Shown here: piece by piece, positions 45,703-56,624 of the stretch
Position numbering within the stretch: position 1 is the first letter of the stretch
Layout of the letters: every line of letters begins with the position of its first letter
NCBI GenBank assembly: GCA_964562595.1
Contig: CAZLUB010000003.1
Coordinates: 17,213-81,212, forward strand
Direction of reading: 5' to 3'
DNA: 64,000 nucleotides
From: an uncultured Muribaculum sp.
Lineage (GTDB): Bacteria > Bacteroidota > Bacteroidia > Bacteroidales > Muribaculaceae
Notes under the pieces: model-generated
What the model was told of the DNA's origin: nothing
What the model saw: the letters and a program-made list of their open reading frames with translations, nothing else
The model's database searches: none
Position numbers and translations under genes: made by a program

Positions 45703-45710
45703 TACCTTTG
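45703..45710 (+). promoter_or_regulatory. -7 box TACCTTTG for tRNA-Ala
   Basis: 16 nt upstream of the tRNA 5' end. Confidence 0.55.
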
Positions 45711-45725
45711 CACAGAAATAGAATA

Positions 45726-45799
45726 GGGGTATTAGCTCATCTGGCTAGAGCGCGACACTGGCAGTGTCGAGGTGAGCGGTTCGAGTCCGCTATACTCCA
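45726..45799 (+). tRNA. tRNA-Ala (anticodon GGC)
   Basis: Acceptor GGGGTAT/ATACTCC with the G3:U70 alanine identity pair. Anticodon loop CT-GGC-AG. 74 nt. Confidence 0.9.
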
Positions 45800-45813
45800 C
45801 TAAAAATATTAAC

Positions 45814-45850
45814 GTCTCGGCTTATACCAACTATGCCGAGACATTTTTTT
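45814..45850 (+). terminator. Rho-independent terminator after tRNA-Ala
   Basis: GTCTCGGC (45814-45821) is complementary to GCCGAGAC (45835-45842), followed by ATTTTTTT. Confidence 0.8.
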
Positions 45851-45925
45851 AGCATGTAGACATTCAAAATACGATAAAAAGAGCAGTTTTTTGTCCTCAA
45901 TTTTTGTTAATAATATAATTTGGCG

Positions 45926-45933
45926 TATTTTTG
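45926..45933 (+). promoter_or_regulatory. -7 box TATTTTTG for psd
   Basis: 31 nt upstream of ATG 45964. Confidence 0.5.
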
Positions 45934-45963
45934 TGAATATATATATAGCGCAAGCAGATAACA

Positions 45964-46647
45964 ATGAAAGTTAAAATACATCGCGAAGGGCTCAACATAC
46001 TACTTATATTGCTCGGCATCTTGTTGGTGATAAACATTCCCGCATGGTTGTTTATCCGTCCGATAGCCGTGCCCGTAGTGTTTTCAGCCATTTCAACAAT
46101 TATCTATCTGCTTGTCATCAACTTCTTTCGCTCTCCTCGTCGTACATTCCGAGGAAATCGAGACCTTGTAGTTGTAGCCTCGGCAGATGGTCAAGTTGTT
46201 GCATTGGAAGAGACCACCGAGACCGAATATCTCAATTGCCGTTGCATGCAACTATCAATATTCATGACAGTGCTAAATGTACATGCCAATTGGTTTCCTG
46301 TAGACGGGGAAGTCCTATATGTCAAGCATCATTCCGGACGATTCCGCGCTGCCTGGTTGCCAAAATCAAGCACTGAAAATGAGCGTTCAACCATAGTTAT
46401 ACGAGCCACCAACGGAGCCAAAGTTTTGGCGCGTCAAGTTGCCGGAGCATTAGCACGACGCATAGTTACTTATGCTGAAGTTGGCGAGAACGCATCGATT
46501 GAAAATCACATGGGATTTATAAAATTCGGTTCGCGAGTCGACATATATCTGCCTCTCGACACGGAGATACTTGTAAAAATAGGCGACAAGACAATAGGTG
46601 GCATAACCGAAGTTGCTCGTCTCAAACCACAACAAGAACAAGCATAA
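45964..46647 (+). CDS. psd: Phosphatidylserine decarboxylase proenzyme
   Basis: 227 aa. 'GFIKFGSRVD' carries the G-S self-cleavage site. Confidence 0.88.
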   Translation: MKVKIHREGLNILLILLGILLVINIPAWLFIRPIAVPVVFSAISTIIYLLVINFFRSPRRTFRGNRDLVVVASADGQVVALEETTETEYLNCRCMQLSIFMTVLNVHANWFPVDGEVLYVKHHSGRFRAAWLPKSSTENERSTIVIRATNGAKVLARQVAGALARRIVTYAEVGENASIENHMGFIKFGSRVDIYLPLDTEILVKIGDKTIGGITEVARLKPQQEQA

Positions 46648-47351
46648 TGATACACAATATAAAATCAGCCATACCCAACCTGATTACAAGTCTAAACTTG
46701 TTATCGGGCTGCTTGGCTTGCATTTTTGCATTTCGCGGAACAGAGTCAATTGGTGTGTTTACCGGCTATGAATGGGCATACCTGTTTATCGCCATAGCCG
46801 CCGTATTTGACTTTTGCGATGGAGCATCGGCACGCTTACTCCACGCCTATTCCCTATTGGGCAAAGAACTCGACTCACTTAGCGACTTAGTGAGTTTCGG
46901 ACTAGCTCCATCCATGCTTGTTTTTAACACAATGAGCGATTACTCATCAGCTCAATGGCCGGCCTATATAGCATTGATAATCCCCATATTTGGCGCATTA
47001 AGGCTTGCTCGGTTCAATGTCGATAATCGGCAGACCACATCATTTATAGGCATGCCTATTCCGGCCAATGCAATCTTTTGGATTGGCATATGTGCATGGA
47101 TTCACCAATTTGCATACCCCGGAGATATCCTCATGTCAATACTTGTCATAGGTTTTTCTGCGCTAATGGTGAGCCGATTGCGCATGTTCTCTCTAAAAAT
47201 AAAGAGCTTTGCATTCACTGAGAACATTCGCCGGTATGCAGTTCTCGTTGGAGCGATATCTTTTCTCGCCGCAGAAGGGTTGCCGGGTCTCGCATGGAGC
47301 ATTATACTTTATGTAATACTATCTGCCTTATCGCGTAAGCGCGACGAATAA
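46647..47351 (+). CDS. pssA: CDP-diacylglycerol--serine O-phosphatidyltransferase
   Basis: The CDP-alcohol phosphatidyltransferase motif is 'DFCDGASARLLHAYSLLGKELDSLSD'. The start overlaps the psd stop by 1 nt (ATAATG). Confidence 0.88.
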   Translation: MIHNIKSAIPNLITSLNLLSGCLACIFAFRGTESIGVFTGYEWAYLFIAIAAVFDFCDGASARLLHAYSLLGKELDSLSDLVSFGLAPSMLVFNTMSDYSSAQWPAYIALIIPIFGALRLARFNVDNRQTTSFIGMPIPANAIFWIGICAWIHQFAYPGDILMSILVIGFSALMVSRLRMFSLKIKSFAFTENIRRYAVLVGAISFLAAEGLPGLAWSIILYVILSALSRKRDE

Positions 47352-47371
47352 AGGACGAAAAATTCATCAAA

Positions 47372-47692
47372 ATGCTAAAGACTCTCCTTATAATAGCTCT
47401 ATTGCTATTCCTATTTTGGCCATTAATACGCTTTATAATTATTATAAATCGTGCTCGCAAGCAATTTCATAATCAGCAACAAGCATTTCGCAATGCCTAC
47501 AGCCATGAAGATGAAGAAAATAGCGAACGAACTCACCGAAAAATATTTAACAAAAACGATGGAGAATATGTCGAATATGAAGAACTGCCATCGACTTTGT
47601 CTGCAAACAACTCATCTTACGACAACTCAAACGACAACACAACTACAGACGATCCTCAGATAAGCGATGCTGAGTGGGAAGACATAAAGTAA
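47372..47692 (+). CDS. DUF4834-like small membrane-anchored protein
   Basis: 106 aa with one N-terminal TM helix, then a polar tail containing 'GEYVEYEEL'. Confidence 0.5.
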   Translation: MLKTLLIIALLLFLFWPLIRFIIIINRARKQFHNQQQAFRNAYSHEDEENSERTHRKIFNKNDGEYVEYEELPSTLSANNSSYDNSNDNTTTDDPQISDAEWEDIK

Positions 47693-47699
47693 ACACGCA

Positions 47700-48053
47700 T
47701 TGATGAATCTTGAAGAAATACATATCTTTTGCACATCACTGCCTCATGCTCAAGCCACAACTCCATTCGGCCCCGATGTAGTAGCATATAAAGTGGGAGG
47801 GCTCATGTTTGCTTGCATAAGCCTCGACCGTCCCGAGTGGGTTACGGTCAAATGCGACCCAACCATGGCTATAGAGCTACGAGAGCAACATCGTGGCATC
47901 GAACCGGCTTGGCACTTCAACAAGAAACATTGGAATCAAATAAACCTAACAGGATCTATTCACAAAGAAATGATCGAGCAACAAATTTTACATTCCTACG
48001 ATCTTGTAGTTGCAAAATTACCTCGTGCCACACGTATTTTATTGGAATTATAG
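47700..48053 (+). CDS. MmcQ/YjbR family DNA-binding protein
   Basis: 117 aa. 'FCTSLPHAQATTPFGPDVVAYKVGGLMFA' fits the family N-terminus. Confidence 0.7.
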   Translation: MMNLEEIHIFCTSLPHAQATTPFGPDVVAYKVGGLMFACISLDRPEWVTVKCDPTMAIELREQHRGIEPAWHFNKKHWNQINLTGSIHKEMIEQQILHSYDLVVAKLPRATRILLEL

Positions 48054-48054
48054 C

Positions 48055-48735
48055 ATGAGCAAAAACTACACCTCCGACTTATTCCTCTTTTTGCAAGAAC
48101 TCGAAGCTAACAATAATCGCCTTTGGTTTAACGCCAACAAAGAGAGATATAACGCACTGCGGAATGAATGGATTACCGACATTGACTCCCTAATAGCCCA
48201 TATGTCCCAATGGGATGCAGACCTTGCATCACAAAACGCTTCAGACTGCATCTACCGCATATATCGCGACACACGGTTTTCGCCCGACAAGACACCCTAC
48301 AAAACATACTTTTCTGCGGCTATCAGCCCTTGGGGACGTAAAACCAATCGCGCCGCCTATTATCTACAATTTGACATCAATCCCGAGCAAAGCGGTCTAT
48401 ATGGAGGGATATGGTGTCCCGACACAAGCATGCTAACCAAACTGCGCCACGCCATTGTCGACAACATTGAAGAGTGGGAAGAAATTGTCAATCAACCTGA
48501 AGTCACACACTACTTTCCCGGATGGATTGGCGCCCGTCTGGCTACAGCGCCAAAAGGGTGGAATCGCGACCATCCACAAATCAAGTATCTGCGGCTACGT
48601 GACTATGGCAAATTTCATCAATGCCCTCCAACGTTCTTCCACGACCACACATGGCCACAGCATGCAGCAGAATTATTTCATATTCTGAAACCTATCATAG
48701 ATTTTCTCAACTACTCACTCGACGAAGAAATATAA
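48055..48735 (+). CDS. DUF2461 (TIGR02453) family protein
   Basis: The start is set at ATG 48055 (MSKNYTSDLFLFLQELEANNNRLWF). 'YRIYRDTRFSPDKTPYKT' is the family hallmark. Confidence 0.75.
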   Translation: MSKNYTSDLFLFLQELEANNNRLWFNANKERYNALRNEWITDIDSLIAHMSQWDADLASQNASDCIYRIYRDTRFSPDKTPYKTYFSAAISPWGRKTNRAAYYLQFDINPEQSGLYGGIWCPDTSMLTKLRHAIVDNIEEWEEIVNQPEVTHYFPGWIGARLATAPKGWNRDHPQIKYLRLRDYGKFHQCPPTFFHDHTWPQHAAELFHILKPIIDFLNYSLDEEI

Positions 48736-48827
48736 AATTTTGCAATTGCCAACAAATCCAAAACGATAACAACCTCTCTCGTCCAAAAATCTTGACAAAA
48801 CTTTGGATTCTTAAAAATAGAACTGCT

Positions 48828-48835
48828 ATCTTTGT
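48828..48835 (+). promoter_or_regulatory. -7 box TATCTTTG for the DUF4254-GT9-ruvB unit
   Basis: 28 nt upstream of ATG 48863. Confidence 0.5.
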
Positions 48836-48862
48836 GTTTTAGTAACATAAAATATATCTATT

Positions 48863-49471
48863 ATGGAATTTGCCAAGAAGTGCTACTCTGTGTTCCGCAA
48901 CACGACTATGCTCTATCACAAACACGACAATGTCGACGCCATTGTGGAAAACCCATATGCCGAAGGTACAATCGAGCACACTCTCCATGCAAAAAATTGG
49001 ATCGACGCCGTGCAATGGCATCTTGAGGACATAATACGCGATCCCGAAATAAATCCGGTAGACGCTCTTGCCTTAAAACGTCGTATTGATGCATCTAACC
49101 AAGATCGCACCGACATGGTGGAAGAACTTGATACATATTTTCGCGAAAAATACAGTACAATATCCCCTCTCTCCGATGCCACCATCAACACCGAGAGTCC
49201 GGCATGGGCACTTGACCGGCTATCTATACTGGCGCTCAAAATCTACCACATGGAAGTAGAAGTTGCTCGCACGGATGCCAATCCGGAGCATATTGCAAAA
49301 TGTCAAGCCAAGCTCAATGTCCTTCTCGAGCAACAAGAAGACCTCACAACAGCCATTGACCAATTACTCGACGATATTGCGGCAGGGCGTAAATACATGA
49401 AAGTGTATCGACAGATGAAAATGTACAACGACCCCGACACCAACCCTGTGCTATACGGCACATCCAAATAA
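48863..49471 (+). CDS. DUF4254-like protein
   Basis: 202 aa, immediately upstream of a GT9 gene, the usual Bacteroidota context for DUF4254. The family name is from memory. Confidence 0.55.
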   Translation: MEFAKKCYSVFRNTTMLYHKHDNVDAIVENPYAEGTIEHTLHAKNWIDAVQWHLEDIIRDPEINPVDALALKRRIDASNQDRTDMVEELDTYFREKYSTISPLSDATINTESPAWALDRLSILALKIYHMEVEVARTDANPEHIAKCQAKLNVLLEQQEDLTTAIDQLLDDIAAGRKYMKVYRQMKMYNDPDTNPVLYGTSK

Positions 49472-49483
49472 CCATCATCGCCA

Positions 49484-50566
49484 ATGGCTATTAACACAAC
49501 CGGCAAAAAACAATATCGAAACGTACTGATTGCCCGATTTTCGGCTCTCGGAGATGTCGCCATGTCTATTCCGGTTGTATATTCATTGTGTCGTTGCAAC
49601 CCATCGACACGGTTTATCTTTATAACCAAACCAATACAACAACCGCTATTTATCAACGCTCCCGACAACCTCATCGTGTTGGGAATTGACTTGAAGGTAA
49701 AGTATTCGGGCATCCGCGGTTTATACCGACTATTCTGCGACCTATGCAAAGAGTATGACATTGATGCGTTTGCCGACCTGCATGGGGTTATACGCTCCTA
49801 CATATTAAGAGCGTTATGCCTCATTAATGGCATAAAATACTATTCCATAAACAAAGGTCGAGCCAATAAGCGCGCACTTACACGCTCGCGCAACAAGGTG
49901 ATGCTGCCACTCATTTCGTCACGAGCCCGCTATCGCGAAGTGTTTTTTAGATTTGGGTTTCCTCTCGAAGAACGATTCAAAAGCCTTTATGGCAACGGCA
50001 AAGCCGACCCGACCATGTTTGCCGACATCACCAAGCCTAAGGCGCAAGGTGAGACTTGGATTGGCATCGCTCCGTTTGCTAAACATCGAGGCAAGATATA
50101 CCCTCTCGACTCGATGGAAACAGTCGTAAAACAATTGTCGCAGCGTCCAAACACTCACATTTTTTTGTTTGGCGGTGGAGACGAAGAGCGCAAGGTGCTT
50201 TCTTCATGGGCTGAACGCTATAACAACGTCATTTCATTAGCCGACAAACGCTACGGCTTTCCAAAAGAACTTGCCTTGCTAAGCCACATGGACACAATGA
50301 TTTCAATGGATTCGGCCAACATGCATCTCGCATCACTTGTCGGGGTAAGGGTCATTAGCGTTTGGGGAGCCACACATCCTTATTGCGGATTTAAAGGTTT
50401 CAAGCAAAACGAAAGTGACATTGTTCAACTGCCAATGACTTGCCGCCCATGTTCGGTATTTGGCAACAAACCATGCGCACGAGGCGACTATCATTGCATG
50501 GCCGGCATACCACCACAATTAATTATTACTAAAGTTCAACAGATATTAGATACAACGCAAACGTAG
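49484..50566 (+). CDS. Glycosyltransferase family 9 (heptosyltransferase-like)
   Basis: 360 aa. '[14 protein letters not shown]', 'LFGGGDEE', 'DSANMHLAS'. Confidence 0.82.
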   Translation: MAINTTGKKQYRNVLIARFSALGDVAMSIPVVYSLCRCNPSTRFIFITKPIQQPLFINAPDNLIVLGIDLKVKYSGIRGLYRLFCDLCKEYDIDAFADLHGVIRSYILRALCLINGIKYYSINKGRANKRALTRSRNKVMLPLISSRARYREVFFRFGFPLEERFKSLYGNGKADPTMFADITKPKAQGETWIGIAPFAKHRGKIYPLDSMETVVKQLSQRPNTHIFLFGGGDEERKVLSSWAERYNNVISLADKRYGFPKELALLSHMDTMISMDSANMHLASLVGVRVISVWGATHPYCGFKGFKQNESDIVQLPMTCRPCSVFGNKPCARGDYHCMAGIPPQLIITKVQQILDTTQT

Positions 50567-50567
50567 A

Positions 50568-51599
50568 ATGATGGAAGAAGACTTTGACATCAGAGCTTCA
50601 CAAGGAGGGAATGAGCGCGACAAGGATTTTGAAAAAGCCCTGCGTCCGTCGGAGTTTGACTCATTCAGCGGACAAGAAAAAATCATCGAAAATCTACGTA
50701 TTTTCGTGGCTGCAGCACGCATGCGTAGCGAAGCTCTTGACCACACATTGCTTCATGGTCCTCCGGGATTGGGGAAAACCACGCTGTCACAAATCATTGC
50801 CAACGAACTTGGAGTGGGATTTAAAGTAACTTCAGGCCCTGTCCTCGACAAGCCCGGTGACTTGGCAGGAATACTTACATCTCTTGAAGAAAACGACGTG
50901 CTGTTTATTGATGAGATTCACCGTCTCAGTCCTGTCGTTGAAGAATATTTATACTCGGCGATGGAAGATTATCGCATTGATATAATGATCGATCGTGGCC
51001 CGGGTGCCAGATCCGTTCAATTGACACTATCTCCTTTCACCCTTATAGGCGCGACTACACGTAGCGGATTGCTGACTTCGCCGTTACGTGCTCGATTTGG
51101 CATTAACTTCCATCTCGAATATTATGACCACGAAGTCATCGAACGCATTGTACTCCGCTCGGCAGGACTTCTTCATGTAAAATGCACTTCCGAAGCCGCC
51201 CATGAGATTGCAATGCGCAGCCGTGGCACACCTCGTATTGCCAACGCTTTGTTGCGCCGAGTTCGCGACTTTGCTCAAGTAAAAGGAAATGGCATCATTG
51301 ACCCTGAAATTGCACGATATGCCCTTGAAGCCCTCAACATCGACCGTTACGGACTTGATGAAATCGACAACAAGATATTGACGACAATCATCACCAAATT
51401 TAAGGGCGGACCAGTAGGACTCGGCACTATCGCAACGGCTCTTGGCGAAGATCCGGGAACGATTGAAGAAGTGTATGAACCCTTCTTAATCAAGGAAGGA
51501 TTTATCAAACGCACCCCACGGGGCCGCGAGGTTACTGAACTTGCCTACCTACACTTGGGACACGCCCATGACGCTTCCAATATGGGCTCTTTGTTTTAA
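50568..51599 (+). CDS. ruvB: Holliday junction branch migration helicase RuvB
   Basis: Walker A 'GPPGLGKTT', Walker B 'LFIDEIHRL', '[18 protein letters not shown]'. Confidence 0.95.
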   Translation: MMEEDFDIRASQGGNERDKDFEKALRPSEFDSFSGQEKIIENLRIFVAAARMRSEALDHTLLHGPPGLGKTTLSQIIANELGVGFKVTSGPVLDKPGDLAGILTSLEENDVLFIDEIHRLSPVVEEYLYSAMEDYRIDIMIDRGPGARSVQLTLSPFTLIGATTRSGLLTSPLRARFGINFHLEYYDHEVIERIVLRSAGLLHVKCTSEAAHEIAMRSRGTPRIANALLRRVRDFAQVKGNGIIDPEIARYALEALNIDRYGLDEIDNKILTTIITKFKGGPVGLGTIATALGEDPGTIEEVYEPFLIKEGFIKRTPRGREVTELAYLHLGHAHDASNMGSLF

Positions 51600-51644
51600 A
51601 TCCACTACTTCAAAACAACATTATATTTCACATCAAGCATTTTT

Positions 51645-53135
51645 ATGGCAAGCATAAAAAGTTTGTTTAAAGACACCGCTATTTATGGTGTAAGTAGCAT
51701 CATTGGCCGCTTTTTAAATTGGTGTTTGGTTCCTCTTTACACTATAGTATTTCCTACTGAAGAGTATGGCATAGTTACTTACATCTATTCAATCGTGGCA
51801 TTGGCCCTAATCATTCTCATCTACGGAATGGAGACCGGTTTTTTTCGCTTTGCCAATCACGAGCGTTATGACAATCCCAGAGAAGTATATTCAACAAGCC
51901 TTATTTCATTAGCTTCCACCTCTACGATTTTCTGCCTTTTGATATTGATATTCCTATCTCCAATATCCAAGGTCTTAAATTGTGAGTACCATTCCGATTT
52001 TATCTTGTTAATGGCTTTAACTACCGCTATTGATGCGTTTACGGCAATTCCGTTTTCGTGGTTACGATATCAAAAGCGACCGATAAAATTTGCCACCATC
52101 AAACTTATAAACATAGGATTGAATATCGGTTTAAACTTGTTTTTTATATTGATGTGCCCTTGGTTGTCAGAGGTTGCGCCCTCAACTATCGATTGGTTTT
52201 ATGACCCCACTTATGGCATAGGCTATATATTCCTATCCAATTTCATCAGTTCAATAGCCACTCTATTAATGCTATTGCCAGAAGTAACATCTGTCCCTTT
52301 TCGATTCAACCCACGTCTTTGGCGTGAAATGATTGTATACTCCATGCCGCTTTTGGTGCTCGGCATTGCAGGCATCATGAATCAGACCATCGACAAAATC
52401 ATATATCCGATGCTCGTCACTGACACCGAACAAGCTATGTCAGAACTTGGTATTTATGGGGCAAACTACAAAATTGGCATCATAATGGTAATGTTTATTC
52501 AAGCATTCCGATTTGCTTACGAACCATTTATATTTTCCCAAAACAAAGAGAAAGGCAATGATTCAAAAACAGCATATCGTGATGCGATGAAATATTTTAT
52601 CATATTTGCCTTGTTTATATTCCTTGGCGTAATATTCTATCTCGACATCGTAAAATACTTTATCTCGCCTCAATATTTCTCCGGTCTTAAAGTTGTTCCT
52701 ATAATAATGTTGGCCGAGTTATTCTTCGGCATATTCTTCAATCTATCTATATGGTATAAAATAACCGACCAAACAATCTGGGGAGCATGGTTCTCAATAA
52801 TCGGACTCGCCATAACTCTATCTATAAACATTTTATTTGTACCCACCCATGGATACATGGCCTGCGCCTGGGCTGCATTTGTATGCTACGGAGTAATGAT
52901 GACAATCAGCTATCTCATTGGACGAGCCAAATACCCTATCGACTATAATATACCACGAATTATATTTTATGTCGTTGTTGCCGCAATTTTGTTTGTTTTA
53001 TCAAAAATTATCGAAATTCCCTGTCAAACCCTTAATTTAATTTATCGTACTGCACTTCTTGGCATTTACATTGTTATTGTATGTAAACGGGAATCGTTGC
53101 GACCTATTGATATAATACGACGAAGACTAACTTAA
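51645..53135 (+). CDS. MOP/Wzx-type oligosaccharide flippase family protein
   Basis: 496 aa, about 14 predicted TM segments, and an N-terminus 'KDTAIYGVSSIIGRFLNW' typical of polysaccharide biosynthesis flippases. Confidence 0.75.
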   Translation: MASIKSLFKDTAIYGVSSIIGRFLNWCLVPLYTIVFPTEEYGIVTYIYSIVALALIILIYGMETGFFRFANHERYDNPREVYSTSLISLASTSTIFCLLILIFLSPISKVLNCEYHSDFILLMALTTAIDAFTAIPFSWLRYQKRPIKFATIKLINIGLNIGLNLFFILMCPWLSEVAPSTIDWFYDPTYGIGYIFLSNFISSIATLLMLLPEVTSVPFRFNPRLWREMIVYSMPLLVLGIAGIMNQTIDKIIYPMLVTDTEQAMSELGIYGANYKIGIIMVMFIQAFRFAYEPFIFSQNKEKGNDSKTAYRDAMKYFIIFALFIFLGVIFYLDIVKYFISPQYFSGLKVVPIIMLAELFFGIFFNLSIWYKITDQTIWGAWFSIIGLAITLSINILFVPTHGYMACAWAAFVCYGVMMTISYLIGRAKYPIDYNIPRIIFYVVVAAILFVLSKIIEIPCQTLNLIYRTALLGIYIVIVCKRESLRPIDIIRRRLT

Positions 53136-53149
53136 AATAACGATGGCTC

Positions 53150-54538
53150 ATGATGACATTACCTGACATAAAATCAATACGACAAAAGATATTCAACTAT
53201 TTCAAAATATCAGCCGACTTACTACCACAGGCCGAAGCTGAAGCGGAAATCAGGAAAGGAGTCTCATTTGGAGGCATCAACATCATCATTTTGATTGTTG
53301 CCATCTTTATTGCCTCGCTTGGCTTAAATGTCAATTCAACAGCAGTTATCATCGGAGCCATGCTCATATCTCCGTTGATGGGTCCTATAATAGGCTTGGG
53401 GCTTGCTGTTGGCATACAAGACTTTGAATTAATGAAACGCTCATTTCGCAATCTGTTTGTCTCTGCGGCATTCAGCGTTGCTGCCTCAACTCTATACTTC
53501 ATCATATCTCCGGTAAACGAAGGGCATAGCGAACTTCTGGCTCGCACATCCCCGACAATATATGATGTATTTATAGGATTTTTTGGTGGAGCTGCCGGAA
53601 TATTAGCCATCGGTAGCCGCATAAAAGGCAATGTCATTCCGGGCGTAGCAATTGCAACCGCATTGATGCCGCCATTGTGCACTGCCGGATACGGCCTTGG
53701 GACATGGCAACTCAACTACTTTATTGGCGCACTATATTTGTTTTTCATAAACTCCGTGTTTATAGCCTTTGCTACTACTATAGGAGTAAAATTGATGAAT
53801 TACAACATAAAAGATGCAAGCAATCCCAGCAAAGCACGTCAAATGCGCAATGCAGTATACGCTACTGCAGTCATAACCATGCTTCCGGCAACATATCTCA
53901 CCTACACGATGCTCCAAGAAAATGCATTTCGCACCAACTGCGACCAATTTGTCAATAACGCAATGGTATTTCCTGCAACGCAGGTGATAAGCCACAAAGC
54001 AACAATAAGGAAAGGCGAAAAGCAATTGACCGTAACCCTAATGGGACAGATACTACCATCTGACTCTCTAATACTTGCGCTCACAGACCAAATGCCAAAA
54101 TATCACATTGCAGGCACACGCCTCAATATCATACAAGGCGACAACCGAAATTCTCAATATAATGCCGGACAATTGACCTCAACCATGTTACGTGACATGT
54201 ATCAAATGACACAGGCCACCATATCACGGCAACAAGCCACCATCGACTCCTTGCGCGCAATCAATGATACATACCGACGCAATGACTCATTAGGAGCAAT
54301 GATTTCTCCGGAAATAAAAATATTATTCCCTAACGTTAAGGACATCGCGATCATACGCGGCGTAGTAAGCCAAGTGGAGACACAACGACTCGACTCTATC
54401 AATATTGCCCTAGTACAATATTCCTCTCACATGGACAATTCCTCGACTCTAAAATTTAAAGAATATCTTGAAGCAAGATTAAATTTAAATAATATTGCTA
54501 TTGTAGAAAATGGCAGCCAACTCAATTTTTCACAATAA
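53150..54538 (+). CDS. DUF389 family membrane protein with a ~200-aa soluble C-terminal extension
   Basis: 'ASLGLNVNSTAVIIGAMLISPLMGPIIGLGLAVG' is DUF389-like. Confidence 0.65.
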   Translation: MMTLPDIKSIRQKIFNYFKISADLLPQAEAEAEIRKGVSFGGINIIILIVAIFIASLGLNVNSTAVIIGAMLISPLMGPIIGLGLAVGIQDFELMKRSFRNLFVSAAFSVAASTLYFIISPVNEGHSELLARTSPTIYDVFIGFFGGAAGILAIGSRIKGNVIPGVAIATALMPPLCTAGYGLGTWQLNYFIGALYLFFINSVFIAFATTIGVKLMNYNIKDASNPSKARQMRNAVYATAVITMLPATYLTYTMLQENAFRTNCDQFVNNAMVFPATQVISHKATIRKGEKQLTVTLMGQILPSDSLILALTDQMPKYHIAGTRLNIIQGDNRNSQYNAGQLTSTMLRDMYQMTQATISRQQATIDSLRAINDTYRRNDSLGAMISPEIKILFPNVKDIAIIRGVVSQVETQRLDSINIALVQYSSHMDNSSTLKFKEYLEARLNLNNIAIVENGSQLNFSQ

Positions 54539-54554
54539 ATACGATTTTGAAACA

Positions 54555-55820
54555 ATGACCAACATTCCCTACAAAGTAGTAATTGTCAACCACAGCGACT
54601 CATTGGGCGGAGCATCAGTTGTGTCCTATCGTCTCATGTACGCTTTGCGCAGAGCCGGTGTAGACGCACGCATGGTCGTATTCCAAAAAAACACCGACGA
54701 CAACTTTGTTTCGGAAGCTTTGTGCCGTAGCGCACGAATTTTAAGTTTTGCATGGGAACACATTGCCATAATGTGCCATAACGGTTTTGATCGGAACAAT
54801 TTGTTTAAAGTGTCAATCGCTAATGCAAGCACCCGACCAAACATGCATCCATGGATTAAAGAAGCTGATATTATCGTGCTAAACTGGGTCAACCAAGGCA
54901 TGATGTCGCTCAAAGATGTCGAAAGGCTCCATAAAGCAGGAAAAAAAATCGTATGGACCATGCATGACATGTGGAATATCACAGGAGCATGCCACCATGC
55001 ATATGAATGTACAGGATATATGTCGGAATGCGGCTTTTGCCCATACGTGAAAGGAGGCAGATCGGCCAATGACATCTCCTACGCAACATGGAAACGCAAG
55101 CTCAAGCTATATAAAAAAGTGCCGATTCACTTTGTTGCAGTCAGCAATTGGCTACACGACCGCTGTCGCGAAAGTTTACTAATGAGAGGTATGGACATAA
55201 ATGTAATCCCCAATGCCTTTCCCACCAAGAGCTACAGCATCCACCCTACAGTAGCCCTCGACTCGATGGGATTTGACTATAAGCGCCGTATCATTCTCAT
55301 GGGAGCCGCTCGACTTGACGATCCCATAAAAGGTCTTGATTATGCTATTGATGCTCTCAACATACTTTACGACTCACGTCGGGACATTGCAGACGACAGC
55401 ATTGCAGTGTTCTTTGGAGACATCCGAAATCCCAATGCATTTTCGCGTCTTAAGTTTCCATATTGCCATATTGGCATGATTCAAGATAAAAAACGCCTTT
55501 CTCAACTTTATGCCACATCTCGCGTAGTTTTGTCAACTTCACTTTACGAGACTCTACCCGGCACTCTTATTGAGGGCATGGCCGCCGGCTGTGTCCCGGT
55601 ATCTTTTGGTCGCGGAGGACAAGAAGACATCTACGATCACCTAATTACCGGATACATGGCCGACTACAAGTCGGCACAAAGCATAGCAGATGGCATCACA
55701 TGGGCACTTGATAGCAATATAGACCGACAAAAACTGCATGATGAAGTAGAAAAACGTTTTTCATCTGAGGTTATTGCGGCCGAATACATATCTTTGTTTC
55801 AACGTATCATCGATAACTAA
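54555..55820 (+). CDS. Glycosyltransferase family 4 (GT-B)
   Basis: The start is set at ATG 54555 (MTNIPYKVVIVNHSDSLGGASV). 'ETLPGTLIEGMAAGCVPV' is the E-x7-E region. Confidence 0.8.
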   Translation: MTNIPYKVVIVNHSDSLGGASVVSYRLMYALRRAGVDARMVVFQKNTDDNFVSEALCRSARILSFAWEHIAIMCHNGFDRNNLFKVSIANASTRPNMHPWIKEADIIVLNWVNQGMMSLKDVERLHKAGKKIVWTMHDMWNITGACHHAYECTGYMSECGFCPYVKGGRSANDISYATWKRKLKLYKKVPIHFVAVSNWLHDRCRESLLMRGMDINVIPNAFPTKSYSIHPTVALDSMGFDYKRRIILMGAARLDDPIKGLDYAIDALNILYDSRRDIADDSIAVFFGDIRNPNAFSRLKFPYCHIGMIQDKKRLSQLYATSRVVLSTSLYETLPGTLIEGMAAGCVPVSFGRGGQEDIYDHLITGYMADYKSAQSIADGITWALDSNIDRQKLHDEVEKRFSSEVIAAEYISLFQRIIDN

Positions 55821-55846
55821 AAAACTCACACGACAGTTCCAATCAT

Positions 55847-56623
55847 ATGGTCACAATATTATTTCACTCAACCATTTTCGGCCCAATACATAGTCGCCGT
55901 TTAGGAGTGTCATTAGGCATAAACCTATCTCCCAATGACGGGAAGATATGCTCTTTTGACTGCTTATACTGCGAAGCAGGATATAATTCTCAAGGACAAG
56001 GCGCGACTGGAATGCCAAAACGCGAAGGAGTAAGGCAACAGTTAAGCAAAAAGCTGAAAGAGATGAATGCCAATAAAATGAGTCTTGATGTAATAACCTT
56101 CTCCGGAAACGGAGAGCCAACACTCCACCCACAATTTCACGAAATCATAGATGACACACTGGAAATACGTGACATTTATTACCCATCAGCAAAAGTGAGT
56201 GTATTAAGCAATGCTACTCAACTTGACAATCCCAATGTGCGCAATGCTTTACTAAAAGTCGATAATAACATACTCAAACTCGATTCGGCCATAAACAAGA
56301 CCTTACACCTAATCGACCAACCTCGCACTCCAATTTTTACTGCTGAAAAACTCATTGAGCGACTCTCCTATTTTGGCAAAAATTGTATTTTACAGACAAT
56401 GATGTTACGTGGCATACACAATGGGCAACGCATCGACAATACAACTGACACTGAGATAGATGCACTCATCAATGCCTATGTCCGCATCAAGCCTTCGGAA
56501 GTAATGCTGTATTCTATCGACCGCCAAACACCCGAAGAACAACTCGTAAAAATTGAAAAAGACGAGCTCGAATCAATCGCCTCAAAAATACGCCAACACG
56601 GCATAAACGTAATAGTTTCATGA
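55847..56623 (+). CDS. Radical SAM protein, substrate unknown
   Basis: 258 aa. 'CSFDCLYCEAG' is a CxxxCxxC cluster at residues ~35-42. Confidence 0.8.
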   Translation: MVTILFHSTIFGPIHSRRLGVSLGINLSPNDGKICSFDCLYCEAGYNSQGQGATGMPKREGVRQQLSKKLKEMNANKMSLDVITFSGNGEPTLHPQFHEIIDDTLEIRDIYYPSAKVSVLSNATQLDNPNVRNALLKVDNNILKLDSAINKTLHLIDQPRTPIFTAEKLIERLSYFGKNCILQTMMLRGIHNGQRIDNTTDTEIDALINAYVRIKPSEVMLYSIDRQTPEEQLVKIEKDELESIASKIRQHGINVIVS

Positions 56624-56624
56624 C

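Noticed and set aside
53197-53715. 172-aa minus-strand ORF
   Set aside because: It is antisense to the DUF389 membrane protein gene. The Ala/Pro/Met-rich shadow translation suggests no function.
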